Shown: positions 27,288-37,135, counted from the first letter of the stretch. The stretch: 40,237 nucleotides of DNA from Planococcaceae bacterium UBA3378 (GCA_002359075.1 DEQA01000060.1:1-40237); one strand, 5' to 3'. Numbers and translations: made by a program. The notes: a model not told the origin generated them from the sequence alone.

Positions 27288-27526
27288 TAAAAAAACACAT
27301 ATCCGTCCGCTAAGGGACGAGTATGTGTTGAGTACCCGTGGTTCCACCCAAATTCCTGCCGATGCAAATCAGCAGCTCATTGATCGCAGATAACGCCTGC
27401 TCACGTCACCGGTTTCCCGGCACAGCTCGGAGGTAGTAAATCGGTAAGTCCGAAGCAGGAAACTTTCAGCCGGTGATTTCCCTCTCTTTTACTCATCTCT
27501 TATCGATTCGTGTCCTCTTCATTGCC
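27288..27526 (-). ncRNA. Threonine T-box riboswitch leader (single)
   Basis: Stem I with AGAGA and GCTGAAAG motifs, specifier loop ..ACTACC TCC (ACC = Thr), T-box AATTTGGGTGGAACCACGGG at 27354-27335, terminator AACACATACTCGTCC/GGACGGATATGTGTT followed by a T run. Confidence 0.93.
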
Positions 27527-27548
27527 TGTGTGGTTAAAATTGTTATTT

Positions 27549-27577
27549 ACTTTAAAGGGAAATGTAATAATTGTCAA
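27549..27577 (-). promoter_or_regulatory. Sigma-A promoter of the T-box/thrS transcript
   Basis: TTGACA-17nt-TAAAGT. Confidence 0.8.
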
Positions 27578-27601
27578 TAGGCTGTTTTTCAAAAGAAAAA
27601 A

Positions 27602-27622
27602 GAACAGCCACGGGGGCTGTTC
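27602..27622 (-). terminator. Rho-independent terminator
   Basis: GAACAGCC-5nt-GGCTGTTC, T run on the minus strand. Confidence 0.75.
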
Positions 27623-27625
27623 CTT

Positions 27626-27988
27626 TTACTTATCCTCTTCCGTAATATCAATATAATGATCATCATATGTCAGGTGGAGAACAACATCTCCTTTTTTATA
27701 AGTGATCGTTTTATCTTCACGTGCGGTTTCTTCCCAGCCGCGGTTTTGAATGACCGCTTGGTAGCCTTTTGAAATGCCGTTTGCCGCGCTAACCCCGTCC
27801 CATTCGTAGGACTTGGCGTGATCCCCGTCTTTCACAAGCTCAGCCGTTTTTGGTACCGGGAAGTCGTTCATATCTTCAAGTGTCTGATAGCCGGCACTTG
27901 CCGTTGTATAATATACAACCCCCGCTACAATTAAGATGAGGGCAAGAACACTAATAATGATCCATTTTTTTCTTCCAGTTGTCTTCAT
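27626..27988 (-). CDS. Hypothetical membrane-anchored or exported protein
   Basis: 120 aa; basic N-terminus plus hydrophobic helix; SD AAAGGAG; own terminator. Confidence 0.8.
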   Translation of the reverse strand: MKTTGRKKWIIISVLALILIVAGVVYYTTASAGYQTLEDMNDFPVPKTAELVKDGDHAKSYEWDGVSAANGISKGYQAVIQNRGWEETAREDKTITYKKGDVVLHLTYDDHYIDITEEDK

Positions 27989-28535
27989 GATGAACTCCTT
28001 TCGTGTTGCCTAGTAAATTTTTATCTCTACTTTGCTTACTACCCGAAAAACTCTATCGTTAAAACGAAAGGGCATTTTCATTATTTTTTGGAAATAGTAT
28101 ATTTTGACTAGAAAAGAAAATAGAAAGCGATATAAATAAGACGAAACTTACGCTCGGCTTTAGTATTTTAATAAAATATTTTTCTGATATAAAAATATGT
28201 TTCAATAGAATAGGTCTAAACGTCTAATAATCACAGGGGAAACAGTATATTTTTGTTTAGAAAGCCTGATTATCCCTCTTCTGCGGGAAATTAATCTATC
28301 GGTCTCAGGCCGCTTTCTGTCCACGAAATAAATCACTTTTGTCGGAAGCAGGAAAATGTGAAGAAATGTGTGAATAGGTATCCAGGAAAATAGTGGGGGA
28401 CAGATCAAGAAGGACGGCGGAGCTTTGGAAGGATGGGCAGTGTGAATGATGAAATGAATAACACGCCTGCCAGTTTTACACCCTTTATGCTGTCCTTCTT
28501 TCTGGATTTTCCTGTTAGAAGGGGGGGACCTCAGT

Positions 28536-29294
28536 CTATTGACTAAAGAAATATCTTTTTCGGTATTGAATAGGCGAAAGACCGTAGTGGGCCTTGAAAA
28601 TTTTCGAAAAATAAGAATGCGATTTGAAGCCGTATTTCTCTGTAATCTCATGTAAGGAAAGCGAGGATAGCTTAATGTCATTCAGGGCATGCTTCAAACG
28701 CAGTTTATTAATTGTCGTCGTAAGGTTCTCATTATAGTCATGCTTGAATAAATAGCATAAGTAGTTTTTTGATATTCCCAGTTTGTCAGCTATGTAGGAA
28801 GTGGAAAGGGCAGGATTATTGAGCTCCTGCTTAATAATTAGAATCGCTTGATAAACATAGGAATTGACATTTACGCATGTTGTTGTATTTTCTTCAAGCA
28901 GTTCTTTTAACTTCGAAATGAACCACGGCGTGAAATACAGGTAGTCTTTCACACAATCCCATTTTTTAATAATGGAGATCAGGGAAGTAGCATTTGATAG
29001 ATCAATTTCTGTGATCGTACCGTTTTTGAGCATAGTGCGAAGAACCATTGTCAACAGGCTTGTGTAGTAAATTTCCAACGCGAAAATGGTTTGGCTTTCT
29101 TCTTGACTAGAGACGAATAAATAACAGACTTCATCTAACTGGTCCATTACCTTTTCATAATCCCCATTGTCCAATGCAATAATTAACGCAAGATCGATAT
29201 CTTTTAACTGTTGTAAAAAATTGTTTTGTTGCAGCCTAGTTAAGCCGTGTTGTCGATTTTTAATATACATTTGTTCGATTTTATTAATAGGCAT
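28536..29294 (-). CDS. AraC-family regulator with an unrecognised helical N-terminal domain
   Basis: IADKLGISKNYLCYLFK, YGFKSHSYFSKIFKAHYGLSPIQYRK; probable ATG 29294 behind AAGGAATGG. Confidence 0.85.
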   Translation of the reverse strand: MPINKIEQMYIKNRQHGLTRLQQNNFLQQLKDIDLALIIALDNGDYEKVMDQLDEVCYLFVSSQEESQTIFALEIYYTSLLTMVLRTMLKNGTITEIDLSNATSLISIIKKWDCVKDYLYFTPWFISKLKELLEENTTTCVNVNSYVYQAILIIKQELNNPALSTSYIADKLGISKNYLCYLFKHDYNENLTTTINKLRLKHALNDIKLSSLSLHEITEKYGFKSHSYFSKIFKAHYGLSPIQYRKRYFFSQ

Positions 29295-29523
29295 TGCAGT
29301 TCCATTCCTTTTTAGCAAAAAAATATTATATATACATAGTTGATTGATCAAAAATATTTTAAAATAGGATTAAGAAATATTCAAAGCTATTCAGGGAAAT
29401 AGGAGAGCTGTTTTATTTTGGATTCATTCTTTTGACATAAAGATTGCTCAATCTTATTATTTTTTGTCGTTTTTTAAGTGGATTGATATGCTCGCATGCA
29501 ATAGAAGTTCAAAGAAAGAGATT

Positions 29524-29575
29524 AAATAAAAGAGGCGGGGACATTGAGGTATCAATATTCCTGCCTCTTATTTTA
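29524..29575 (-). terminator. Terminator after the YmcC-like gene
   Basis: AAGAGGCGGGGACATTGA-GGTA-TCAATATTCCTGCCTCTT long stem with A/T flanks. Confidence 0.75.
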
Positions 29576-29604
29576 TTAATATTTTGTCATACGGTGAAAT
29601 TATT

Positions 29605-30144
29605 TTACTCTTTCGCTCTTTTAGGCCATAAAAAATAGGAGGCTGAATAGAGCAGGTCAATTCCGACAACCAGTGCCCAAATACGAAGGGGATTCAGCAG
29701 TCCGGCTGTACGTTCGGGGTCTGCAATGAAGAGGTGAATACCGAAAATAAAGGCACCGCCGATCATGAAGGCGAGCACATGCTGAAGCGAGCCTTTTATC
29801 TCATGGCGGGCATGCGCGTAACCGCTCTTTTTGGCAGGTTTTTCTCCTTGCCTCAGAATGTAATACATAAATTGTCTATCAGCCCAGGCAATCATACTTT
29901 TTCCGAATGCAATGGAAACCCCTAGATAAATGGCCGCAATCGCGTGAACTGTAGTAGCAGTCGCTCCGTTATATAAATCTACGGCTGTGGCAATGAGCAG
30001 CACAAGGTCGATCACCGGCGTAAGCGCCAGGAAAAATAGCCCAAGCCTCTTCTTTTTTGCTATATATCTTGTGATCAATCCAAGCAGAATCACAACCCAA
30101 AAGGCGATTTCCGCTCCAACGATCAGCCATCCGATTCCTCCCAT
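29605..30144 (-). CDS. YmcC-like integral membrane protein
   Basis: EIAFWVVILLGL, TPVIDL, HAIAAIYLGVSIAFGK; divergent from a PksA-like TetR as in B. subtilis ymcC/pksA; ATG 30144 behind GAGGGG. Confidence 0.8.
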   Translation of the reverse strand: MGGIGWLIVGAEIAFWVVILLGLITRYIAKKKRLGLFFLALTPVIDLVLLIATAVDLYNGATATTVHAIAAIYLGVSIAFGKSMIAWADRQFMYYILRQGEKPAKKSGYAHARHEIKGSLQHVLAFMIGGAFIFGIHLFIADPERTAGLLNPLRIWALVVGIDLLYSASYFLWPKRAKE

Positions 30145-30165
30145 AAAAAGCCCCTCTCTTTTTTT

Positions 30166-30221
30166 AGTACAGCTGTATTTTTTAAAATATAGCATGCTGT
30201 TTTAAATAATACAAGTGTATT
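30166..30221. promoter_or_regulatory. Candidate operators of the PksA-like TetR
   Basis: AGTACAGCTGTATT 30166-30179 and AATACAAGTGTATT 30208-30221 (42 bp apart), with AGCATGCT palindrome between them. Confidence 0.6.
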
Positions 30222-30249
30222 TTAAAAACGGATTTGCTATACTAACCAT

Positions 30250-30870
30250 ATGCCAAAGATTGTAGATGTAGCGGAACGAAAAAAAGCCATCGCGGAGGCG
30301 ACATGGCAGGTCATTTTGGAGAAAGGAATGGAAGGAGCGACGGTCAGAAATATTGCAAGCAAGGCAGGGCTGTCTCTGGGCGCCCTGCGACACTACTTTT
30401 CGAATCAGGATGAGCTGCTCGTCTACGCGATGGATCTTGTATCGGAAAATGTAAATCGGCGGATTGAAGAGGTACTAAAGAAGCGGATGCCTGTGCAGGA
30501 GCAGGTGCTGCAAGTGCTGCTCCAGGCACTGCCTGTCGATCAACAAAGCATGCTGGAGATGGAAGTATGGTTCGCTTACGCCGCCTCAGTAAAGCATAAA
30601 AGTGAGCAGGCACATGTACCGTTCAATGCACTATTTACAGGTATGGAAAAAATCATCCATGCACTATCAGAGTACGGCTTCTTACGGGAAGAACTGGATG
30701 TAGATATGGAAATCGAAAGGCTGTATGCCATGGTGGACGGACTGGCAGTGCATGCCCTGTTCGAGCGGGAACGGCTGGACCCACAGCGTGTTATCCGCAC
30801 ACTTGTCTACCATTTAAACACCATTCTTAAGGAAGAAGCGGCTTTACAGCTGCCTGATACCGAAGTTTAA
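30250..30870 (+). CDS. TetR-family regulator, PksA-like
   Basis: MPKIVD..RKKAIAEATW..GMEGATVRNIASKAGLSLGALRHYFSNQDELL. Confidence 0.92.
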   Translation: MPKIVDVAERKKAIAEATWQVILEKGMEGATVRNIASKAGLSLGALRHYFSNQDELLVYAMDLVSENVNRRIEEVLKKRMPVQEQVLQVLLQALPVDQQSMLEMEVWFAYAASVKHKSEQAHVPFNALFTGMEKIIHALSEYGFLREELDVDMEIERLYAMVDGLAVHALFERERLDPQRVIRTLVYHLNTILKEEAALQLPDTEV

Positions 30871-30880
30871 AAAGGATTTG

Positions 30881-30926
30881 GTTAACGGAAGGTGTAGAGG
30901 GAAATCGAAACACACCTTCCGTTAAC
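30881..30926. terminator. Long hairpin between convergent genes
   Basis: GTTAACGGAAGGTGT...ACACCTTCCGTTAAC perfect 15-bp stem. Confidence 0.7.
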
Positions 30927-30967
30927 TAGTGACCGGTAATGATGTTGCAACAAGATAAAAAGAGTTA

Positions 30968-31921
30968 TTAAAACCACCCCTTTTTCTTAAACCATATATA
31001 CATAGAGCCCCCCATTACCGCCATCAACCCCAGCGTAAGAAAATAACCGTACTTCCATGCTAATTCGGGCATATGCTCAAAGTTCATCCCGTAAATGCCG
31101 GCGATAAACGTTAACGGAGCGAAGATGGAAGTGATGATCGTGAGGACTTTCATCACATTATTTGTTTGATGGGAATTCAGTGAGAGATAGCTGTCCCGAA
31201 TATCTGCCGTAAGCTCCCGATTGGTCATAAGCATGTCAGAAAGCTTTAAGAGGTGGTCGTAAATGTCAGAAAAATAAGCTTTTCTTTTCAGTACACCACT
31301 TAAATGCTGGGAATTTAACATACGGTAAAGCAGGTCACGCATCGGATTAATGGTATGTAATAGGTTTAATAGCATATATCTCGTCATAAACAATTCATTC
31401 ATGAGGATAGTCATCGATTTACGGTGAATATTGCTCTCGATTTTGTCCAGGCTGTCTTCGATTTTATGGATGAGCGGAAAGTAGTTATCGACTGTCTTGT
31501 CTAAAATTTGGTGAAACACATAAAAAGAATCCCATTGCTTCTTGTTCTCTTGAAATAATATCCTATTCCATACTTCATCCACTTCCTCAGACTGGGTAAG
31601 ATGAAAGGTAACAATAAAATTGCCCCCAATAAAATAATTCAGCTCGTCTTTTAGTATTTCATTTTCTTCCTCCCGGACAATGTGTGTAACAAAAAAGATA
31701 TGGTTATCATAGTAATCCAGCTTCGGCCGCTGAAGCCTTTGGACACAGTCTTCAATCGCAAGAGGATGGAAGTGGAAAGTATCCGCCAACTGTTTTTCCT
31801 CTTCATTCGTAGGCTGATTAAAATCCACCCAAAACCATTTATAAGAAGAAAAATTGATATCTTTTATAGAAAGCTCCGTTTTTACATGATCATCGTTTGT
31901 AATCCCAATAAAATTGATCAC
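30968..31921 (-). CDS. corA: CorA Mg2+/Co2+ transporter
   Basis: HPLAIEDC, QRPKLD, PLTFIAGIYGMNF signature, MPEL, two C-terminal TMs. Confidence 0.95.
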   Translation of the reverse strand: MINFIGITNDDHVKTELSIKDINFSSYKWFWVDFNQPTNEEEKQLADTFHFHPLAIEDCVQRLQRPKLDYYDNHIFFVTHIVREEENEILKDELNYFIGGNFIVTFHLTQSEEVDEVWNRILFQENKKQWDSFYVFHQILDKTVDNYFPLIHKIEDSLDKIESNIHRKSMTILMNELFMTRYMLLNLLHTINPMRDLLYRMLNSQHLSGVLKRKAYFSDIYDHLLKLSDMLMTNRELTADIRDSYLSLNSHQTNNVMKVLTIITSIFAPLTFIAGIYGMNFEHMPELAWKYGYFLTLGLMAVMGGSMYIWFKKKGWF

Positions 31922-32334
31922 CGTATTTACCCCTTCTTACTTGTTAATTTTTGCTTTGTTAATTTAGCAGCAAAACATATACGCCTCTTTTTACCGCAAA
32001 TACGAAAGTCGTCAACAGCTGATGGATATAATAAAACAACCTATTACTGTGTAAGATGCTTCCACTTAACATTTGATATACCTCTTAACATAAGAATTAT
32101 CTTCTTCTCATTTGTTGGACGGCGGGATCTAATAATTCTTTGCTGAATGCACTGTAATTTCATGTAGTATACAGCTAAATAGCTCCAGTTAATCCTGTAT
32201 TAAAACTTCATTAAAAGAAGATATTCAATCGTTCTATTTTTAGATATTTACAATAAGTAATTCATCTCTCGTTTTATCAATGGAAAACTATGGATAAATA
32301 ATATGGGCGATATACGGTGGGAGGGGGACTGGAG

Positions 32335-33069
32335 TTGAAAAAAATACTCTGCACGGGAGTTTTACTAGGAGCTGTCATACTGGCATCTTGTACGAAAGAA
32401 GAGGACGGACGCGTAGTAGAAAAAACACCGATTATTGAAATGGAAGAGGAAACGGCTTCAGAAAAAGAAAACAAACTCGAGCTTATGCAGGAAGCATCCG
32501 CTGCTCCGCTCGAATTGACGCAGCAGGAAAAAGAGGCGTATCACAAGCGGTATGTGGATGCGGTAAAGTGGCTAAACGAGCAGAAAGTTGGGCTTTCTAT
32601 GGAGGTTGGCCCAATAGAACAGTTTGAAGATGCAGCTTGGCGGGATCCGGATATTTTTGAGAAAAATATACGGGCTACCGTAGAGAATCATTTAGCCAAA
32701 GAACGTGAAATGCGGCAGGGCTTATCAGAAAAGGATAAAGAGGCAGAGCGGCAAGCGGAGGGAAAAGTAGCGAAAAAAGCATATATGTATATTAGTGAGG
32801 TAATAAATGTTGTTGAAGTTGCTGCGAATTTTCAAACACAGTATAGCGAGGCTGATGGCCGGCAAGTGTTTTCAGGTGTTGATGAGATCACAATACAAGA
32901 GCTAGGTACTAGTGGCACTTGGGAACAGACATCCGCTGACGTCTCATTGATTGACGGTGGTCGCACATATGTTATCGACATTGAGGGGACTTGGAACGGG
33001 CTGGGAGTAACGTTTGAAAAAGCGTTTACTATGGAATTCAACTGTGATCAATACGGGGATGTTTATTAA
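32335..33069 (+). CDS. Lipoprotein of unknown function
   Basis: TTG start behind GGAGGGGG; MKKILCTGVLLGAVILASC lipobox; acidic linker; beta-rich C-terminus. Confidence 0.82.
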   Translation: MKKILCTGVLLGAVILASCTKEEDGRVVEKTPIIEMEEETASEKENKLELMQEASAAPLELTQQEKEAYHKRYVDAVKWLNEQKVGLSMEVGPIEQFEDAAWRDPDIFEKNIRATVENHLAKEREMRQGLSEKDKEAERQAEGKVAKKAYMYISEVINVVEVAANFQTQYSEADGRQVFSGVDEITIQELGTSGTWEQTSADVSLIDGGRTYVIDIEGTWNGLGVTFEKAFTMEFNCDQYGDVY

Positions 33070-33082
33070 GCTTTTTATTTAA

Positions 33083-33466
33083 ATGGGGAAGGCGGAGGTT
33101 ACTATAAACGCTATTTTATTGTGGGGGAATGTTATAGCGAGCGGTCTTGTGGCAATAGTTCTTTCCTGGTTCTTTGCAGAAGGGGCGATTGGTGAAGCTG
33201 ACTCTTTGACACCGCAGTTCTTTCTACTCATTCCCATATGGGCAATTAAGTGGGAAAATACGATAATGATTGTTTCCTTATTCGGGATCCTTTTATTTTT
33301 CAGCTTAAATCTATTGGTAGGTATGAAAGTCATCGTAAACGACTATATAACAAGTAATGGTACATCTATCGGGGTATATGCCAGTTTTATAGTGCATATG
33401 ATTGCGAAATTTGGTTTTCATCATAAAAAACAGCAAACTAAAATGCCGAATACCCTTTTGAAATAA
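33083..33466 (+). pseudogene. Hydrophobic ORF, probably a degraded or chimeric membrane-protein gene
   Basis: GGAGG (33094-33098) precedes an in-frame ATA (33104), not ATG; the ATG at 33083 has no SD. Confidence 0.4.
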
Positions 33467-33770
33467 TAACTGCCCAGTAGAAAACAAGAAAAAAGGGCAC
33501 TGCAGCCACAATCTGCTCCGGAATCAGTGGAGGTCTTTATACGGCTACCTATAAAATGTCCTATATGTGTGCGGCGTTTAATATAGTCGTTCTTTTAGCA
33601 GGGCTTCTTTTCAATGTAAGTATGCTCGGGGTATTTTCCTTGTAGGCATGTTTTCTTTCCACTCATTAAGCTATAGGTGCTCTTGTCCTGAAGGAACCCT
33701 TTATGACGATTGCAGTAAATAGTGCCTATCCTTTTGTGTTTTACTATATTTTTTAGAGTTTTTAAAAGAG

Positions 33771-33795
33771 AGTGCTTCCGGCAGAGAGAAGCACT
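33771..33795 (-). terminator. Terminator after the DHFR-like gene
   Basis: AGTGCTTC-9nt-GAAGCACT, then CTCTTTT on the minus strand. Confidence 0.6.
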
Positions 33796-33821
33796 ACGGA
33801 TGGCATCGTAATAAAACGGTT

Positions 33822-34394
33822 TCATTCTTTGCCATCCCGATGATAGATCAGTTGCACAACGCCGGAAGCAAACGTTCTTGTATGAACCAATTTTATATTT
33901 AATCTTTCGTTAAGATTACTAAATAAAGGTTTTCCTTCTCCTAAAGCAACAGGATGAATCGATAATCTGAATTCATCGATAAGCCCTAAATTGATAAAAG
34001 AAGTGATGAGACCCGCGCCGCCATATAACCAGATATCTTTACCGGGCTGGCTCTTCAATTTCCTTACTTCCTCATCAATATTTTCATTGATAAAGATCGC
34101 TTGCTCATCAAGCCCTTTAAGCTGTCGGGAAAATACATATTTCTTTTTACTGTGGACCATTTGCCACAATTCCTTTTCCTCTTCGCTGTCTTCTGCTTTT
34201 GGTCTGTATTGTCCCCAAAGTTCATAGCTTTTTCTACCGTAAAAGATCGTGTCGATTTGATCTAGAAAATGGGTGAATTCCATTTCAGGGTCCATTATAC
34301 ACCAATCCACCTCACCATTCTTTCCCTCAATGAAGCCGTCCAGCGTAACGGCTAAATCTAAAATAATCCTTCTTTTACTAGTGGTACTTGACAT
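33822..34394 (-). CDS. Dihydrofolate reductase-like / RibD C-terminal domain protein
   Basis: AVTLDGFIEG, FYGRKSYE, DIWLYGGAGL, IDEFRLSIHPVALGEGKPLF; SD AAGGAGG. Confidence 0.9.
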   Translation of the reverse strand: MSSTTSKRRIILDLAVTLDGFIEGKNGEVDWCIMDPEMEFTHFLDQIDTIFYGRKSYELWGQYRPKAEDSEEEKELWQMVHSKKKYVFSRQLKGLDEQAIFINENIDEEVRKLKSQPGKDIWLYGGAGLITSFINLGLIDEFRLSIHPVALGEGKPLFSNLNERLNIKLVHTRTFASGVVQLIYHRDGKE

Positions 34395-34797
34395 TATGTT
34401 TCCTCCTTGTCTTTTCAGTTTATCACCTTATCAGTAATAGTTTCTTTATGTATTGTTCACCGGAAATCAGCTGTGTAACCCATTACCTGATTGACTGTTT
34501 TCCTGGAACTCCTGCGCTCATTATATCAAAAAACTGAATGAGGGAAATCTCGTAATATGTTTAGGGAACTCGAATTGTTTTTTAGGAATCCAAGGATAGA
34601 GAGCGTTTTTTAAAGCGTATAAATGCTGCAAAATAGATGACAAGAATTATCCCTCTACACACATATTTGTAGAAATAGTCAGAAATTTAAGTAGAAAGGA
34701 GAAAAAATTTTTCATCTCCATCCAATTTGTGTTATAAATGACCTATCCTAGTCGATATACGAAGAGTAATTATTATAAAAGATGGAGAGTTTGGAAT

Positions 34798-36837
34798 ATG
34801 TTTAACCTACCTGCATCATTGGATGTCCACCTTATAAAAGGGGAGTATTCGATGCCACTTGTTGTACTTTCTTTCTTTATTGCATTTGCTGCGTCCTATA
34901 CAGCGCTATTTATCAACCGGCGCATAAGGGAAAATGGCTTTTTCCATAAAAATGTTTGGCTGACGCTTGCCTCTTTAGCGATGGGGCTTGGCATATGGTC
35001 GATGCATTTTATTGGCATGAGTGCATTTATGCTGCCTATTCATATGGAATACCGCGTAAGTACGACAATTTTTTCGATCGTTCCGGCAATCATTGCCTCG
35101 TATGTAGCGTTTTACTTTGCGAACAGAAAAAATACGAGCATTTTTACCTTTATTACTGCAGGGATTTTCATGGGGCTTGGTATTTCATCGATGCATTATA
35201 TCGGAATGGCTGCTATGGAGATGGATGCAGAATACTATTATAAACCGAGTGTATTTATTTTATCTATTATCATTGCCATGGGGGCCTCTTTTGCTTCCTT
35301 GTATATTTTTTCAATTATTTCGAAATCAATGGACCGGATTGCGATAAAAATCGTCACGGCGATTCTAATGGCCACGGCCATTACAAGCATGCATTATACA
35401 GGTATGGTGGCTGTCCGGTTTTATACGATTGGCGAAGCACCATCAGGGCACGGACAGCATACGATGGACGTTTTGTGGATCGTTGTTTTTGTGACGGTCA
35501 GTACAGTGAGCTTGTTTTTGCTGGCAGCTTTGACAAGCCGGTTGGATAAATATGTGGATTACCGTCTGCGGCATTTTGATGCTTTGACAAAATTGCCAAA
35601 CCATAAACAGTTTATTGACGACCAAAAAAAGGTGGGAGAGGGCTATACTGTAGCGATTATTTATCTTCCGGATTTAGAGAAATATATAGTAGGATACGGT
35701 TATTCTGTAGCAGATGAGTTGGTAAAAAACGTAAGTGAAAAAATAGAGCGTATGCTTCCGGAAAATGTGAAGCTGTACCGGACAGAAGCAAATCGCTTTA
35801 CGATCGTTAATACAGAGAAGCACAAAACGAAACAATTAATTGACGTGCTCGAACAGATCTGCACAACCGTAAAAGAACCGATTTTCATTGAGGAACATGC
35901 CATTGTAGTAGAGGTGGTCTGCTCGTTTTCAAAATCAGAAGAACGCCGCTATATTCGGGAGCATTTTGCAGATGCAATGGCTGTTTTGCAATCTCCATCG
36001 ACTGTATATAACCATGCGGTGATTGAATATGATCCGGCCATTCATACATTTAATTTTGAAAGACAGCTAGTGGCAGATATTCAGCATGCGATGGATGCGG
36101 ATGATTTGTTTTTGGTATATCAGCCGAAAATAAACCCGGAAAACGGCGAGCATGTCGGCGTGGAAGCATTGATTCGATGGAACCATCCGGTGTATGGCAT
36201 GGTTTCTCCGGGGGTATTTATCCCGGTATTGGAGGAGTCGCCGGAAATTTACGATGTGACCGATTGGATTATTGAAAAAGTGTGTGGACAAATTGCCCTG
36301 TGGAACGCGGCCAATGTATCGTTTGGGCAAGTATCGATTAATATTCCAGGCATTTATGTCACGTCACCGCGCTTAACGAGCACGCTGAGTGAAAATATAG
36401 AAAAGCATGGCATCCATCCAAAGCAATTGGAGCTGGAAATTACTGAAACAAGTGTGATTCATGATATGGATAATGCCATTGCTGCACTGGAAAAATTTAA
36501 GGACAAAGGATTGTCTGTAGCGCTTGATGATTTCGGTACAGGGCTTTCCTCGCTGTCTTACTTAAAAAGAATACCGATTTCTACAATTAAAATCGATAAA
36601 TCATTTGTAGACGGTGTCCCAGCCTCTGAAAAAGATGCAGAGCTACTAAAAGCGATTATTATTCTAGGCTATTCTTTAAAATTACACGTAGTGATTGAAG
36701 GAGTAGAAACAGAGCAGCAAATGAAATTTTTGGAAACATTCGAAAAACAGCCGATTGTCCAAGGTTACTATTTTGCAAAACCAATGAAGGCAGAGGAATT
36801 AGAACAATGGATTGGGGATAAGCTAATTGAGAATTAG
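34798..36837 (+). CDS. MHYT-GGDEF(degenerate)-EAL membrane protein, probable c-di-GMP phosphodiesterase
   Basis: MHFI/MHYI/MHYT repeats; DALTKLPN then EANRF at the GGDEF site; VEALIRW, ELEITE, DDFGTG, KIDKSF, EGVE, QGYYF intact; ATG 34798 behind GGAGAG. Confidence 0.9.
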   Translation: MFNLPASLDVHLIKGEYSMPLVVLSFFIAFAASYTALFINRRIRENGFFHKNVWLTLASLAMGLGIWSMHFIGMSAFMLPIHMEYRVSTTIFSIVPAIIASYVAFYFANRKNTSIFTFITAGIFMGLGISSMHYIGMAAMEMDAEYYYKPSVFILSIIIAMGASFASLYIFSIISKSMDRIAIKIVTAILMATAITSMHYTGMVAVRFYTIGEAPSGHGQHTMDVLWIVVFVTVSTVSLFLLAALTSRLDKYVDYRLRHFDALTKLPNHKQFIDDQKKVGEGYTVAIIYLPDLEKYIVGYGYSVADELVKNVSEKIERMLPENVKLYRTEANRFTIVNTEKHKTKQLIDVLEQICTTVKEPIFIEEHAIVVEVVCSFSKSEERRYIREHFADAMAVLQSPSTVYNHAVIEYDPAIHTFNFERQLVADIQHAMDADDLFLVYQPKINPENGEHVGVEALIRWNHPVYGMVSPGVFIPVLEESPEIYDVTDWIIEKVCGQIALWNAANVSFGQVSINIPGIYVTSPRLTSTLSENIEKHGIHPKQLELEITETSVIHDMDNAIAALEKFKDKGLSVALDDFGTGLSSLSYLKRIPISTIKIDKSFVDGVPASEKDAELLKAIIILGYSLKLHVVIEGVETEQQMKFLETFEKQPIVQGYYFAKPMKAEELEQWIGDKLIEN

Positions 36838-37080
36838 GAAATAAAATGAGCTCGTCCGATCGAAGGCTTTTTTACAAGTTGATGAATATTTTAGGAAGAA
36901 TAGCGCTTAATATACAGAAGAACAGTGTACGGTCTACATTCTCATTTTCCGTATGAAGTAAGTGAGCAAATAGGGTAAGAACAGGTACTGTTTTACTTTA
37001 TAATGCTGTATTTGGGTCAAAAAAAACATAGCCATTTATGCTCCGTAAAGCAAGAATATGTGCAAATTGTGCAGGGCAGG

Positions 37081-37135
37081 TTGACTAAATAATGGCAATG
37101 TGATAATTTCATATACTGAATTGGAATTATTCTAA
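37081..37135 (+). promoter_or_regulatory. Sigma-A promoter and PerR box of ahpCF
   Basis: TTGACT-17nt-TAATTT with TGn extension; TTGGAATTATTCTAA (37121-37135) resembles the Per box TTATAATnATTATAA. Confidence 0.7.

Noticed and set aside
28202..28681. 159-aa minus-strand ORF
   Set aside because: Overlaps the AraC 3' end out of frame, has no SD and an atypical composition
31682..32146. 154-aa plus-strand ORF
   Set aside because: Antisense to the corA 5' end; no motifs
31922..32280. Possible M-box (ykoK) Mg2+ riboswitch upstream of corA
   Set aside because: No GTTAGGTGAGGCT-type signature and no leader terminator visible
34541..34595. Possible fourth ~21-bp array (AGGGAA..CTCG)
   Set aside because: Periods irregular (20-22) and the core is too degenerate to support
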